From Tricharina praecox (lineage: Eukaryota): a stretch of DNA of 64,000 bases. Positions 27,516 to 40,013 of this stretch are shown in pieces. Position 1 is the stretch's first letter. Each line of letters opens with the position of its first letter. A model generated the notes under the pieces. It had not been told where the DNA came from and ran no database searches. It saw only the letters and a list, made by a program, of their open reading frames with translations. Position numbers and translations under genes: made by a program. Location of the stretch: the NCBI RefSeq assembly GCF_024521635.1, contig NW_026250410.1, positions 1 to 64,000 of the forward strand, read 5' to 3'.

Positions 27516-28060
27516 TATGATGTTCGTGATGGGCTGTTGGTGTAGTTGGTGTAGTTGGTGGTGTGAATGAGGAAGGGGACGCGGCGGGCGATGGAGCTCA
27601 GGTCGATGAGCTGTCTTCAGGGTTGGGGAGGTTGGTGTTTCGGAGCTCAGAGCGCGCTAAGGGACGAAGCACGTGGCCAGGTAGCTGGTAACGCCATTCA
27701 GATCATCCGCGCGGGACACTAACTACTAGCGCAGTAGGTACATCGCGTACTAGTAAAGCTGAGCTGAGCTGTGGAGCAGTTGAAAGATGGGAAGAGCTTC
27801 GAGAGCAATCGGTACTTGAGTATCTTATTCATCAAACATAGAACAGCATGAGCTGCACGAACTGGCGAATAAAAACCGATGCCGTTATCATGCACTTGAA
27901 AGTTGGAATGTGCGGGGGCGGCAAGCAGCTTAGCTGACGTCTTGGCATGAATCAAGTGTGGGGCAGCTCCCTTGAAGCTCAAGCTCCCCCCATCCGCATG
28001 TCCCCGCCCACATAAGCCATCTCAACCACAACCCCAACTCCTTTGGAAAAGCAAAGCACG

Positions 28061-29876
28061 ATGCACTTCGCACACCACACACGCGTCCCCCTCATCCAGC
28101 GACGGAACTTCTACCTCATAAATCTCATGAAAGCCTGGCGAATCCAGTACCCCCGGCACCTTCTCTCGCGTCGGCACCCCTGCGTGGATCAGTGTATCGC
28201 CAAAGAAGAAAGTGGAATGGCACTGGGAGTGGGAGGTACGGAATGGACGGGTCACGAAGAATCGGATACGGAGATGGGTTGACGGTGTTGAGGAGGAGAA
28301 ACGGGAACTCTCGAGCAGCAGTAAGGTGGACACGAAGAGCAGCGAACATGATCAAAAGGTGGACGATGAGGAAGGGGAAATCGATTTTATCACTATGAAG
28401 AAGAAGGTTCAGCCTCGAGATACGGGTCCGATGGTGATCGTCGATGAGAGGGGATTCGAGAAGATGGCACCGAAGGTCGGGAGTCAATTGGGGGATGCGT
28501 TCGAGATGCCGCCCCCGCAGCCTCCGCAGTCACCAAAGACGGGGACAAAAGCGGATGATAACGTCGCCTTCGAGATGCCGCCACCAATAGTGCAGCCAGC
28601 GGATATCACCACCAATACTACAATCGCGATGCCCCCTCCGGAGACGGGGCCTACTACCAATCCCAGTGACGTGGAGGCTGCACCTGTGAATCCAGATGTC
28701 ATCGCAAAAGCAGAGCCGATGCCGGGGCCGAAAAGGACGGATACGAGCGGTCGTAACGACGCGTTTCAGGTGCCGCCTCCGCCGCGTGAACCCATCCAGC
28801 CCATAACCCACAGGAAGCCCCTCAATCCTGACATCGGCGTCCCGCAACCCCGTGGAACGAAGACCGGCCTCTCTGTACCGCCGACAAAATTCACATCCAC
28901 CGATGCCGCAGCATGGACCTGGGAGCCCGTCAATGACCCCACGGGCACTAAAGCTGTTGACGAGGCATGGCATTCTAACGAAAGCGTCACCTCCTCTAGA
29001 CGCCCCACGCCCCCCACTCCCACCCCGCGTCTCGACCAATCCACCCTCCCCAACGAAGACATGGACCTCGAGTCCCTGCTCCCCCACCATATCCGTGCGT
29101 CGATGTCCCGCCATACACCAAGCACATACCCTCCAGCCTCCTCTGCCGCCGAAACCAACACCTGGACCGAGTCCTTCGGCACGCCATCCGAGCCCACCAG
29201 CTACACGACCTTAACACTCGAACCGCTCACCTTCACCGCGAGCACCCACGTGCCCCTCTCTCTCCTCCGCGAGCACACCTCGAGCTTTCTCTCGCTCCCC
29301 ACCCCACCCCCCGATGAGAAGGTCTCCTCCACAACACCCGACTCCGAACAGGAGGCGGAGTGGCTCGGCTTCGATCCAACCCCGGCGACCACCGCAGAAT
29401 CAGTCTTCGTCTTCCTCCTGTACCCGTCATCATCGCGCCCGTCCTTTGCCCTCACCACAGTTCCCGCCTCCATACCGACGCCTACGCACGAGCTCCAGCC
29501 AACCGAGGCCCTGGATCTTCTTGTGCACTCGGGATTGTTCCTCCCCTACCTCCGTGCGGCGAGGGAGGCGGGCGGGTTGCTGGTCCATGCTAGTACCCAG
29601 GGCGCCACATGGGCTGTGACGGATCAGGGGATGGGATGGAGCGTTGTCCATAAACTCGAAGCGCTGCCACGGCCGGGGTTTCGTTCGACATCGGTAATCC
29701 AGGAGGAGGTGGTGGTGAAGCGCGAGAGTCCTGAGTACAGTCGGAGCCAGAGTGACAACGGAAACCTTGCGAAGACAAAGGGGAGGCCTGAGAGAAGTCT
29801 AGCCAGGAGGATGTTTTGGGCGGGTGTGTGGGTAGGCGGACTGACGGGGTTGATGGGTTTCTATGGACAGGCTTAA
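28061..29876 (+). CDS. Hypothetical Pro/Thr/Ser-rich protein with C-terminal hydrophobic anchor; start uncertain (apparent frameshift near 28128-28132)
   Basis: Frame open 28131-29876, ending RRMFWAGVWVGGLTGLMGFYGQA. The nearest upstream ATG leader (28061, MHFAHHTRVPLIQRRNF) is one base out of frame; an in-frame ATG lies at 28396. Confidence 0.65.
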
Positions 29877-30643
29877 TTTTTGTTTGAATGGGCATGCATA
29901 CTGGTATGTAATGGAGTCTGTTGTCGCTAAATTCTGTTATCTCTCCTTTTGGTGGTTCTGTGGATTTTCTGCGGCGTGATGGCATAAGATTGGACTTTGA
30001 ATGCCGGTATTCTTGAATTGCTGATCAACTCAGCCGTATTTGGGCACAAATATCACGTAACATTTTACTTTACTGCCAATACGGATTGCCATACTGCATC
30101 GCCTCGCCGCCCCGCGGGCCGCGTGTGATATTGAGCAACTGCAGCCTCCGCAGAGCTATTTCATTCTACGAATTTTCACTGCCGTCGTCCCGTTCCACAT
30201 ACAGGACGCTCAATGGTTAGCAGGTGGAGATCTGTTAGGGCGCGTTGGGATAGTCTCACTCTTCGGTTCCCGTTTTAGAGCAAAATTCAGTTCCCCGCCG
30301 GGACACCGAATACTGCTCAATTTCAGTTTCCAGAAAACCGTGAGGTAAACAGTGTTTGGCAGTTCTTAGATTACTCAGCCATAAGTCTGAATAATAGGCT
30401 TCGCCAGAACTTTAATAGTGGACGCATCATAAAAAGCCCCGCTTTTTTCTCTTCCCCGTCCATCAGTGAACACTGAAGACACCAGCCCAGTACCAACACC
30501 ACGCCGGTACCAGCAACTACATACACCATTCGCAACACCAACTCTCCAGCATCCGCAGCACCAGAGCATCCTCGATACCAGGCGAAACTCCGCATCTGCA
30601 ACACCAGCTCCCTCGCTTCCGCAACGCGACGATTATCGGTGGC

Positions 30644-31144
30644 ATGGATATTGCTACGGGAGAATTTGCGATCTCAGGCAGCGGACTGAAACGAAAGTTG
30701 GACGAGACGGCGGAATCCAGCCCAGCAGAGCGCGATAGTCCGGAGTTGGCTCCTCCTTCTCCAACCGCTCAAGGCCGTGCTAGTAGTCCGTTTGATGAGA
30801 TGTGGGACGCAATTGACAGATATTCCCCGCTGCCAGTACAGATGGAGACCAGGCGAGAACGAAAGAGGAGGAGAAAGGCGTTGGAGATAGCAGCGCTGGC
30901 GAGGGAGATTGCGGCACTTAGGGCGCTGGCTGAGGAGAAGGATAAATCCTGGCGGATGCGGGCGTTGGAACGCTATAACCGGGAGTATTGTACTGGGGAG
31001 GGTGGTCATTCGGGAGGAAGCCTACGGGCTGCGGCCAAAGTTTTCATGAGTATGGCAGTGGCCGAGCTTTTCATGGCCTTTCCTGTGGGAGAGGAAAGGG
31101 ATAAGTGGATTGAAGGGGAGTTGAATGCTGTTCACGCTAGCTAA
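30644..31144 (+). CDS. Hypothetical 166-aa protein resembling the C-terminal part of Myb/SANT-like proteins of PIF/Harbinger elements
   Basis: KRK basic patch, a coiled-coil-like segment and terminal AAAKVFMSMAVAELFMAFPVGEERDKWIEGEL. Resemblance by eye only; no transposase seen nearby. Confidence 0.4.
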   Translation: MDIATGEFAISGSGLKRKLDETAESSPAERDSPELAPPSPTAQGRASSPFDEMWDAIDRYSPLPVQMETRRERKRRRKALEIAALAREIAALRALAEEKDKSWRMRALERYNREYCTGEGGHSGGSLRAAAKVFMSMAVAELFMAFPVGEERDKWIEGELNAVHAS

Positions 31145-31724
31145 TGGAGCTTAAGTGTATTTTTTAAGAAACAAATGTAATGAAATGCGATAAAAATCTG
31201 ATATTATGCTGAACCGCTTCTCAGGTGATACAACAAATAATCTTCCCACATCGCCATAGCAATTCGGTCTCGCATACCAGAGGCCCCCTATCCTCTCGGC
31301 TAAGCGCCGGTGGACCGTGGACATAATCTGTGATGGAGACAGCCTCTGCACGCTCTCTCACCATCCATTATCTACGCAACAGGGACTTAGGCGGATAATC
31401 AACCCTCGCCTTCTATCTCCGATTCGGTGATTGCTCTGTGTGTGCTTTCTTTTCGACCCCGCCACCGGTCTGGAGGAGTGTTGGCTAATGAGTCGTCTGC
31501 AAATGGGTTGACGCTGTTGCGAGTAGGTCGTAGATGGTTACTTGGCCGCCAGGATAGTTACATCAAACTCGGCTCAAACCAACTCAGCTGGTGGGCTGGC
31601 GGGCTCCGGCGCCTCCGGCTGGGGGTTAATGAGGTTGTATGTTGGACTCTGGAGTGGGATCGCAGGGTAGAACTGTATTTGCTACACACGATCTGCACTG
31701 TGGTTTTACATTCGCGTTCGACTG

Positions 31725-31870
31725 ATCATAAAACATCACATCTTTGCAGACGGCGCGATTGTCAAGCCACTCCACGCAGCCGGCAGGGTCAAGAGGACTC
31801 AGAGTAAGCCATGATCACTGCTGGTGACTTTCTTGCTTTTGAAATATTAACCCCGAGGGCCCTCCACCAT
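31725..31870 (-). repeat. Dispersed repeat family B, copy 3 (inverted, partial)
   Basis: Reverse complement reads TTTCAAAAGCAAGAAAGTCACCAGCAGTGATCATGGCTTACTCTGAGTCCTCTTGACCCTGCCG...GCCGTCTGCAAAGATGTGATGTTTT. Confidence 0.8.
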
Positions 31871-32334
31871 TATAGAAAAGCGAAGATGACAACTGTCAGT
31901 CAGTGGTCATTTGGTATCACTCGCTGTTTCTGCTGTCTGGGAGGCGGTTCATCATGGTTTCGCGTTCGGTCGTGGACTGGGGTCGAATCATGCAACCAAA
32001 TTCTTCCATCACCGTAGAGCTTTCTTTACCCCCGCGGAGCTGGCAGGAAAGTTTGGGAAGTTAGATGTTGCCATAGTCTAGTAAGGCCACATGCTACAAT
32101 ACATTGAAGATATCTCTCCGTCTTTCTTCAATCACTGTGTACCTAGTAGGGCATGGCATGGAATCATTGCCATGGCCAGATGACATTGGGCACGCGACAG
32201 AGGCATGGAGCCTTAAAACTAGCGCTTCGAACCCAGGACCACAACTAGCTATCAGCCACTAATCATATGGTATCACTCGCTCATTTCTACCGCCTAGCAG
32301 GTGTTTCTTCATGATATCGCATTCGCTCAAAAAG

Positions 32335-33217
32335 GCAAAGGGAAAGAGGGGAAAGGGGAGATAAGAGGGGTGAGATTTGGAAGAGAGGGAAGTATTTCGT
32401 GGTGAGTGGATAATGCTCACAGCAGCGGCGGCGTATATGTGAGCGTCTTCATCGGCGGGAGCAGAAACGCTAGGCTGCAAAAGGCACGCAAGCTCCATTT
32501 AAAGGATTCGGAAAACCTCCAAACGAAGGGACAGAAGGCAGGTGGGAAGAGCGGACGAGTCGGCTCGTAGGGGAGTGAGGAGATGTGAGAAGGGACGGGC
32601 GGGCAAGCAGGCCCATTTCAGTCTTTACCGTGTATCTACATTTCTAGGACAGGCCGGGGCGGAGGGCAGGGAAAGCCACACCGGGCCGCTGGGTGAAAGC
32701 CGGTATAGATAGTGGCGTGGAAACGGAGGGGTGACCGGGTGGTATTGCCATGATCTAGATAGGTCGCATGCAATTACTGATAAAACAAGACGAAGAAAAA
32801 AGGTGGAGGAGAACTAGGCTTGGGGGTGAGTAATCTACCGCTGTTCGATGGCGTGTGTGAAAATAAAAAGCAGATAATGACGGAAATCGATGTTACGATT
32901 GCCGTTTGCGTTCAGTTTGCGAGGTGGGGCTAGGTGGGTAGGTAATCACTTGTGGAGACCTCAGGATGAATGGGCGCTCCCAGTTCACCAGAGTGAATCA
33001 CCCTTCGTGACTCCGCTAGTGCAAGTGTGAGGTTCCCAAACCTCTACAAAACCCCCACTACTCTCCCAGTCTTTCCTTCTCTCTTCACACTCTCCACTCC
33101 CCACCTTCCTCCGCCCGCTACGACTTTTCTCTCTACGAATCTTTTTGACCTTTAACCACACCGGCTTGTTTATCCCGGCTCTTAGAATGAAATATCATAA
33201 TAACCTCGCCATTCTAG
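32335..33217 (+). repeat. Dispersed repeat family C, copy 1 (with two internal insertions)
   Basis: Colinear with 47218-47732, e.g. CAGTCTTTACCGTGTATCTA, GGATGAATGGGCGCTCCCAG, GCTAGTGCAAGTGTGAGGTTC and ATGAAATATCATAATAACCTCGCCATTCTAG. Confidence 0.85.
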
Positions 33218-34470
33218 CTATAACCACCCCACACCATACCTAGCATTAACGACCTTCTGGGGGCGACTCCTAAGGAGACCGGATACCGGTACCGGTCCCG
33301 CGCCCGCGCTCCCGCCAACCGCCGACCACACCCCACGCCCGCGCCCGAGGAGGACTCCCGCCTCCGCCCTAACTACGATGACGAAGACGATACCTTTGAT
33401 GGTCGTCGCTCCCGCAGCTGCTCGTGCGAGCCCTGCCACAATTATGGTGAGGGCCGCGTAGCTGCGGGGGTCGACCACAGGGTCGTCTTCGTCGGAACGC
33501 CCGACCATGAATGGAAGGGCGAGTAGTAGGGTGGAGCGGGGGCTCCTGTTATTTTCTTTTATTTCTAGCTTTTTCCTATCTTCTTCCTGTGTTGTGTTTT
33601 TTCCTGTGTTGTTTTTTTTTACCAAAATTGAATCCATTTTTAAAGAGCTCTGTGTATTGTACATTCGTAACTTCCCTTCAGAAGGCGTTTGTGCCGCGTC
33701 TTGAGTTTGTACATAGGAGTTGAGTTGCTCGCGGTCTGTCACGTCGGTCATTCCGACGCTATAGGAGCGGGTATAATGGGTGAGGTGGAAACGCTCCTCC
33801 CAGCTGGGCGCCCCTCGGAGGAGGAAAAGCCGAGTTGGAAACGGAGGAGATGGGACACCGATTGACCATAGCTTTTCCACGATTCGAAAGGATCGGATGG
33901 AGCAATTCCATGCGTATTAACTACAGCCGCAGCGGGGCCCAACGAGCGGATTGATATCTACCGGTCAGGACGTCAAATTGGCTGCAGTCACATGAGGATG
34001 CAGGTGTGGTGCACAGTCAACAACTACCGGTACATACGACTATCGCATCGGGAGGATGCGGTACATGCCGACGGGGAAATATACTACGGTTTGGGCGGAG
34101 AAAAGGCGCCGCTCGGCTCTAACTTCTACCCGAGTCGGTCAGGATAGGTATTTACATCATTTGATGGTTTCTGTTGCTGATATGTCCAGTGTTTTGTTCA
34201 AAGTATGTACATACGATCTCACTCACACCGAGTGCGATCGTATGCTCTTGGAAATTGTATAAGCCACAAGCCGCATCCATCACAAGATGTATTGGTATCG
34301 GACGAAAGTCCGAAAGCTTTTGGTTAGACCGAGACTGTAAGCTGGATGTCATCAAGTGGACTTTTGGACAAAATCTAACCATAAGTAAGGTAGGTACACG
34401 ATAGAGAAGCAGTAACTTGCGTGATCATGAATTTCATAATATCATCAGGGCGCCTGGGGGCCAGCCCGCT

Positions 34471-36357
34471 TCACTGCTGTACGACACTACGTAAAGACCC
34501 AAAGACATCGAGCCAAGTCACGACCTGATACGCAGCGGCGGGCAGCTCACGGATGCTAATGAACGACTCAACGACCAGGAACGTTCTAGCGGCGACGAAC
34601 GCGAGACCCAGCACGACGCCGACCGCCATGCAGACAGCATCGAAGCATCTGCGCCACCCAACACCCAGGCGAAACCTTCCTCCTGCTCGCCCATACAAAA
34701 ACTCGAGAACCCCGTCAGTCCGATCGCAGCGACGGCCAACGTCCCCGGGATAGTGCCGACGCAGCTGGAGATTTGCCAGAACAGCTGCTCGACCGCGGTC
34801 GGAAACGTATCGTTTCATATGGTGGCGTGGGTACCGCCGAAGGCGGCGCCGGTCGTGGCGGTGAACACCAGGAGCACCGTGCGGTGCCATAACTTCCACC
34901 GCCGGTTGTACACCATCCACACCAGCTCCAAGTCCTGGCCGTAGCCTTTCGAGAAGGTGCCGTCGCGCCGCTGCGAGTGGTCCCGGCTGAAGAGGCCGGG
35001 AATGCTCATGAGCTGGTTGCGGATCAGACTCCGAGAGATCGCGTACAGGAATTGGTCTTTCCGGGCGGAGAGATCGGAGCGCAGCCGCTGTTGCCATGTG
35101 TGCCGGTCGGGCTGCAGCGAGATCAGGATCAGGTCGATCGGCCGGATCGTCTTCCGCAGTTGCCGTGAGTGAGACTGCGTGAACCGTGGGCCACCTTCGG
35201 TGTTTGCTGATCCGTGGACTGCGCGGTCGAGAGTTAGCTTCGTGTAGGGATTCTTTAACGAAGGAATTCATGCATGAATACCTTTGCTCATCTCCTGCAG
35301 CACAAGTTGCAGTAACTCGGTTGGTACGGCCCGCATTTCGGATAACTGAATCATCAACTCCCTATAAGATTCGATCGTATCGCTCAACTTCTTCATACCC
35401 TCGGCATGATTGACCGGCTCATGAGCACAGATCTCGCAGCGGACAATTCCTTCCTTAATCTCATACAGCGGTGGCAAAAAGTCGCTCCTGTGGAACTGGC
35501 GATCGATCTCGTGTCGGTTGGGTCGTTCCGCCTCGGTTGCAGTGGCAACGATGGAGACAGGCAGAGGGAGTCCATCGGTAGCACACATAAACATGGGGCG
35601 GCCAAGATCCACCGGCTTCTTCCACCACGCCGCATACATGACCATCAAGTTGACCACATACAGCGCAGTGTGCAGCTCCAGCGGAGTAACAGGAAGATTT
35701 CCGATGCTACGGGCCACACATTGCACCAAGACCCAAGCTGCCTGGGAGAGCACAAAGAACTTTGCCAGGGCGTCCTGCTTGCTCCTAGCCTCGATCTCGA
35801 GGAGGGAGAAGCCTCGCACGAGTTCCATCTTGTCGGGTTCTAACAGCTGGTCTAAGCGCATCGGCGGGATGCAGCTCATCTCCATGTCCATTCCGCTGAA
35901 CGGCTTGATGCGGCCACGCGAAACTTGAACCATCGCGATCCCGCCCATGGTTGCGAAGAACGCCTCCAACATTCCGATCTTCCTACCGGTGCCGGTGGTG
36001 TTGACGTAGTGGCGGTATTTCAGCGCCACGAGTGCTTGGTGCAGCGCCACGGCCGAGACCATCTCCGGTGCGATGAGCGCCATGAACGCCCACAGGCATT
36101 TTCCGACAGCGTTGGGCGGCGGCACTAGATCTTCGTTTCCGAGAAGCGATATCGTGTCGACGTTGAGATGGAGAGCTGTCCACACGCAGGTTCCGGTGGT
36201 GACCGCGGAGAGCAGTATGATTCCACCGGATCCGCGCCCGTCCGGTTCCGCTGTCCAGCCGACTCGTTTCGTTGACTGGTGGCGTCTCGGTGGTCGTGGC
36301 CGATGATGTGAGGACGTGTAGGGCGAGTACCAAGTAGACGACTATCGGCGGCAGCAT
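34471..36357 (-). pseudogene. Disrupted member of an uncharacterised fungal multi-pass membrane protein family
   Basis: Family motifs VGWTAEPDGRG, CVWTALHLNV, IAPE, FFATMGG, SKQDALAK, QCVAR..LPVTPLELHT, WWKKP, GGTHATI*NDTFPTAVEQLFWQISS and ARTFLVVESFISIRELPAAAY lie in different frames. Frameshifts near 36265, ~35270-35100 and ~34690, and a TGA in place of the expected Trp at 34817-34815. Confidence 0.8.
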
Positions 36358-39300
36358 GTTGAGCTTATGGATCCTGATAACTGGGGTATTTGTCCGTAAC
36401 GAGAGGCAGGTACCAGCTCCTATATATCCAGGTAGACCTATTCGGACAGAATCAATGTGAGTACTCAAGTATTTTAAGAACTATTTATCTTATAGCGAGG
36501 CAGCCAGCCCTGTCGATTGAGGCGGTGTGGTGCTCGCCACGCAATCCAATGAGCACGAGTTGTTGTGCCGGTACACACGTTGCGCAGAAGAGATTTACCG
36601 TAGAACATGCGTAGGCAAGCCGAAGATTCTTTTCTTCCGGTCCACTTTGGGTGCATGAGGAAATATCGCGTTTGTGCCAACGTGCGATTCCCTTCGAAGC
36701 CGTTGGCTAGTTTTCAGAATTGCATATAGTTCCGCGGTCGATTACGTCCGCAGCTGTAGGCTGCAGCCTCGTCGAATAAACCGTAGAAGCCGGCACCGCA
36801 TGGGTACTGCAGGCTGTAGGCTGTTCTAAATAAAAGAAGACCGTGACGATTCTGGCTTCTTCATTGGCCCGTGAAAACTCACAGCCTTCTCTCGCCGTTC
36901 TGGCGGTACCGGTATCCTCTGTGGGGAATTTAACAAGCTCGTCGGAACCGTGAACGGGCAGCATAGCCACTCTACCGTTGGTGGACTGTGCCCCTTTTGC
37001 CAGGGCTCTTTGCCAATGTCTCTCCAGGCCTGAGGAGAAAGGAAGCGCGCATAGAGGAGAGAGCGGAGATGGGGATTGGCCGTCTATTCGATAGATGATG
37101 ATCCAGAAAGAAGAAGAAGAAGAAGGGAAAGAAGAAACCCCGCCATAGCTGCCAACTTTCTCCCGCTGATAGGAGTCCTCCTTCATTACATCAATCAAGT
37201 CAGGTTCTGCCTTGAACCAGGCGAGTGGGCGATAATGAAGCATGTGTGAGGTCATGGACAAACGTTATGCACCTCCCGAGTCCCGAGTCCCCAGTCCATT
37301 TCTGGAGCGTCCGGGAAGTGGCCACCGACCCTCGGCGTCCATCATTGCAGAACCCAAAGACAAAGGATAAAAAGCTAGGATGAAACCACTGGTAGACCGA
37401 TCGATTGTCTGAGCTGCAAGCAGCCGGCCAACACACACGAGCTCGCCCCGCACCGGACGACGGAGCCCGACCCCACCAGTCCCTGCAAGTTGCAACCATC
37501 ATACGTGGAAGCGAACCCGCGAACCAGCGAGAGGGTTGAAGTTAGCACATGTGTGTGGGGGACACAGTCTGATGGTAACTACCGGCCGTCTGGACGAGTC
37601 GTAGGTTCTCGGGCCAGCTTTCTGCACATTACAATGTGAATTTTCTCCGTGTCCAAGCTCCAACGTCACCACGATTTATCATTGTATCAATCGGTGAAAA
37701 TTTCCGTACGTGGTGAATGCGAACTCATAAACGCTACTCTATCGACTGCCCGTTTGCCCCGCCGAATGGCGGTTGTGGAGTGGTAGAGTAGAGTGGAGTA
37801 CTAGTAGTTAGCTCAATTACGGTACCGGTATGCCGGTCACTGACCGGGGAATCAATGGCGTCATCGGGACGAGTTCGGCGACTGTACCGACATTTCAACT
37901 CATTGAGTGACGAGTCCCAGCGTATTCTATCTATAATCCTAGAAACGGTTAGGCGCGCTATATACTACGGTACCGAGTCCGAGTTCCTTCCATAACTCCC
38001 ATCCTCGCTAATGATTAATCCAACGGCAACCACTCAAATTGATACTCCACAACGTCGTGACGTCGTGACGTCGTGACGCCGTGGTGAAGTTTGGTATGTA
38101 CCGTATTCCGGCTCGCTCAGATCCCTCACACCACGCGGTCCATAACAATGGCATCTCCGCCGCTCGGCGACATCCCCAGGCCTCGCCACAGGTGACAGCC
38201 CCCAAGCGGACCCCAAGCGGACCCCGGTGCCGATCTCCCGTACATACCGTGACATCGGCACCGTAGCTGCCATGGTCTAGGCAATGACTAAGGTCGAATA
38301 CAGACTTTTGGGGAGCGGTGTGATTGGATGCCGAAAGGGCAGGGGCCTGAGGAGCACTCGCAGAGTCTCAGTGGTGACGCAGGGAGGGGCGAAGTAGCAT
38401 ACCTACTTCAGACGATCATGGTACGATACCCTTCGTAAGTCCGTGTCCTATGCTGAGGCATTGACACGTTTACGTTCTGTCAAGGCCTACAGATGGCTCG
38501 TTTTATTGGTTCGCAAAATGTCCTTTCTCGATCCCCCACCGATCTACTAGCGGCTTTTGTTTTGTTTTGTTTCCTTTTTTCTTATGTTCCTTGGTTACGA
38601 TTCTGACCGCTGCTGCCTGGTCTGAATCATTTTCGAGCTGACTGTCGTGGCCACGGTATGGTAGGAATCTGCATAAATTGTGGCATATATAGAGCTCCGG
38701 AATCTGGTTCGGGTATTCTAGGTACAGGCGCGTACAAGTGTGTGGGGCACCGGTAGGTACCACCGGTGTTGCTGTAACCAAGTACATACTGTAGTACCGG
38801 CAATTGCTGCGTCGTCGTCTCTCTTTTCCTCTCGCCGACGTATGTAACGCAGACTTCATTTCCCTGAAGAGCTCAGGATCGCCGCAAAGCCCAAAACATC
38901 GGCTACTGATACACATAAGTGAAAGCGTGCAGCCGGAGCGGGGTAGATACTATATCTACAGGGTACCTGTGTGAGGGACGACCCTGATAGGCGACCCGAG
39001 CCTGCGAGCGGTCCCCACGCATCCGACCGGCGAAGCCGTCGAATGCAGAATAAGGAAGCTCCGCCCCGGACCAATCCACATGATCCCGATCATCACGGAT
39101 TCGGCGACCGGCGGCGGGTATTGTAGAGTACGGTATCACGTAACTGCCGTAAATATATGAGGAGGGGAGGGGCCATGTAGTAGATGGCAATGTCGTCCTG
39201 TCGGGCTGTCCGATACGGTATGTCGCAAGGCTGTTCGGGTGGTTGATGATGGCTCTGCCGGTACTAGCAAATACCATTGTTTTTTTCTTCTTCACGCCGC

Positions 39301-40013
39301 ACTCTCGCCCTCATCCTTCAGCCCTCCCCAACTCACGATCAAGTCCCCTGCTCGGAGGTGTTCCCCCAAGTACATAGTACCCCGTATCCCTGCAATCCGC
39401 GGGTTCATGCAGCGGGACGCCGGGAAGCAACGGGCGTCCGCGCCTCGCCAAGTTCCGCCGCTGTTGCCGTAGCGACCCCGCTTTCCCCGAAGGGCCCTCG
39501 CAAATCCATCACGATGCCACACCGTCGGTAGGTGTCAAATTCCAATCGGCCTTAGCACCCCCTCCCGCACCCCCTCCCGCCCCACCCAATTCTGCGCATC
39601 CATCCCGTGTGTATATCGTAGCTGCTCATGTATGGTACTATGATCTGTATGCGTGGTGCGTGGTGCGTGGTGGCGGGAAGGTCCGAGTAGAAAACCTGTC
39701 TGTCCCCACGTCGCCCCGTCAACTCCACGCTCGCACACTACTCCACCCCCGCGATTTTTTGTTTCCCGTCTGGCGAGAATATAGAGATCGACGCAATAAC
39801 CAACAACATCAACAATAACGACGATAACGATAACGACAACACCTCTCCACGCATCATCTTCCGCCCATTTATCGCAACAGAGTGATATATACCTCTTTGC
39901 CGGGTCCTTTGTCCGTCCTCCGTCCTCCTTGCCCCTCGGGCCGGTGCTGAAAGCTGACTGCCCATAGTAACTCGCAGGCGACCTTAACCACCACCAAAAA
40001 CAATAATAATAAT

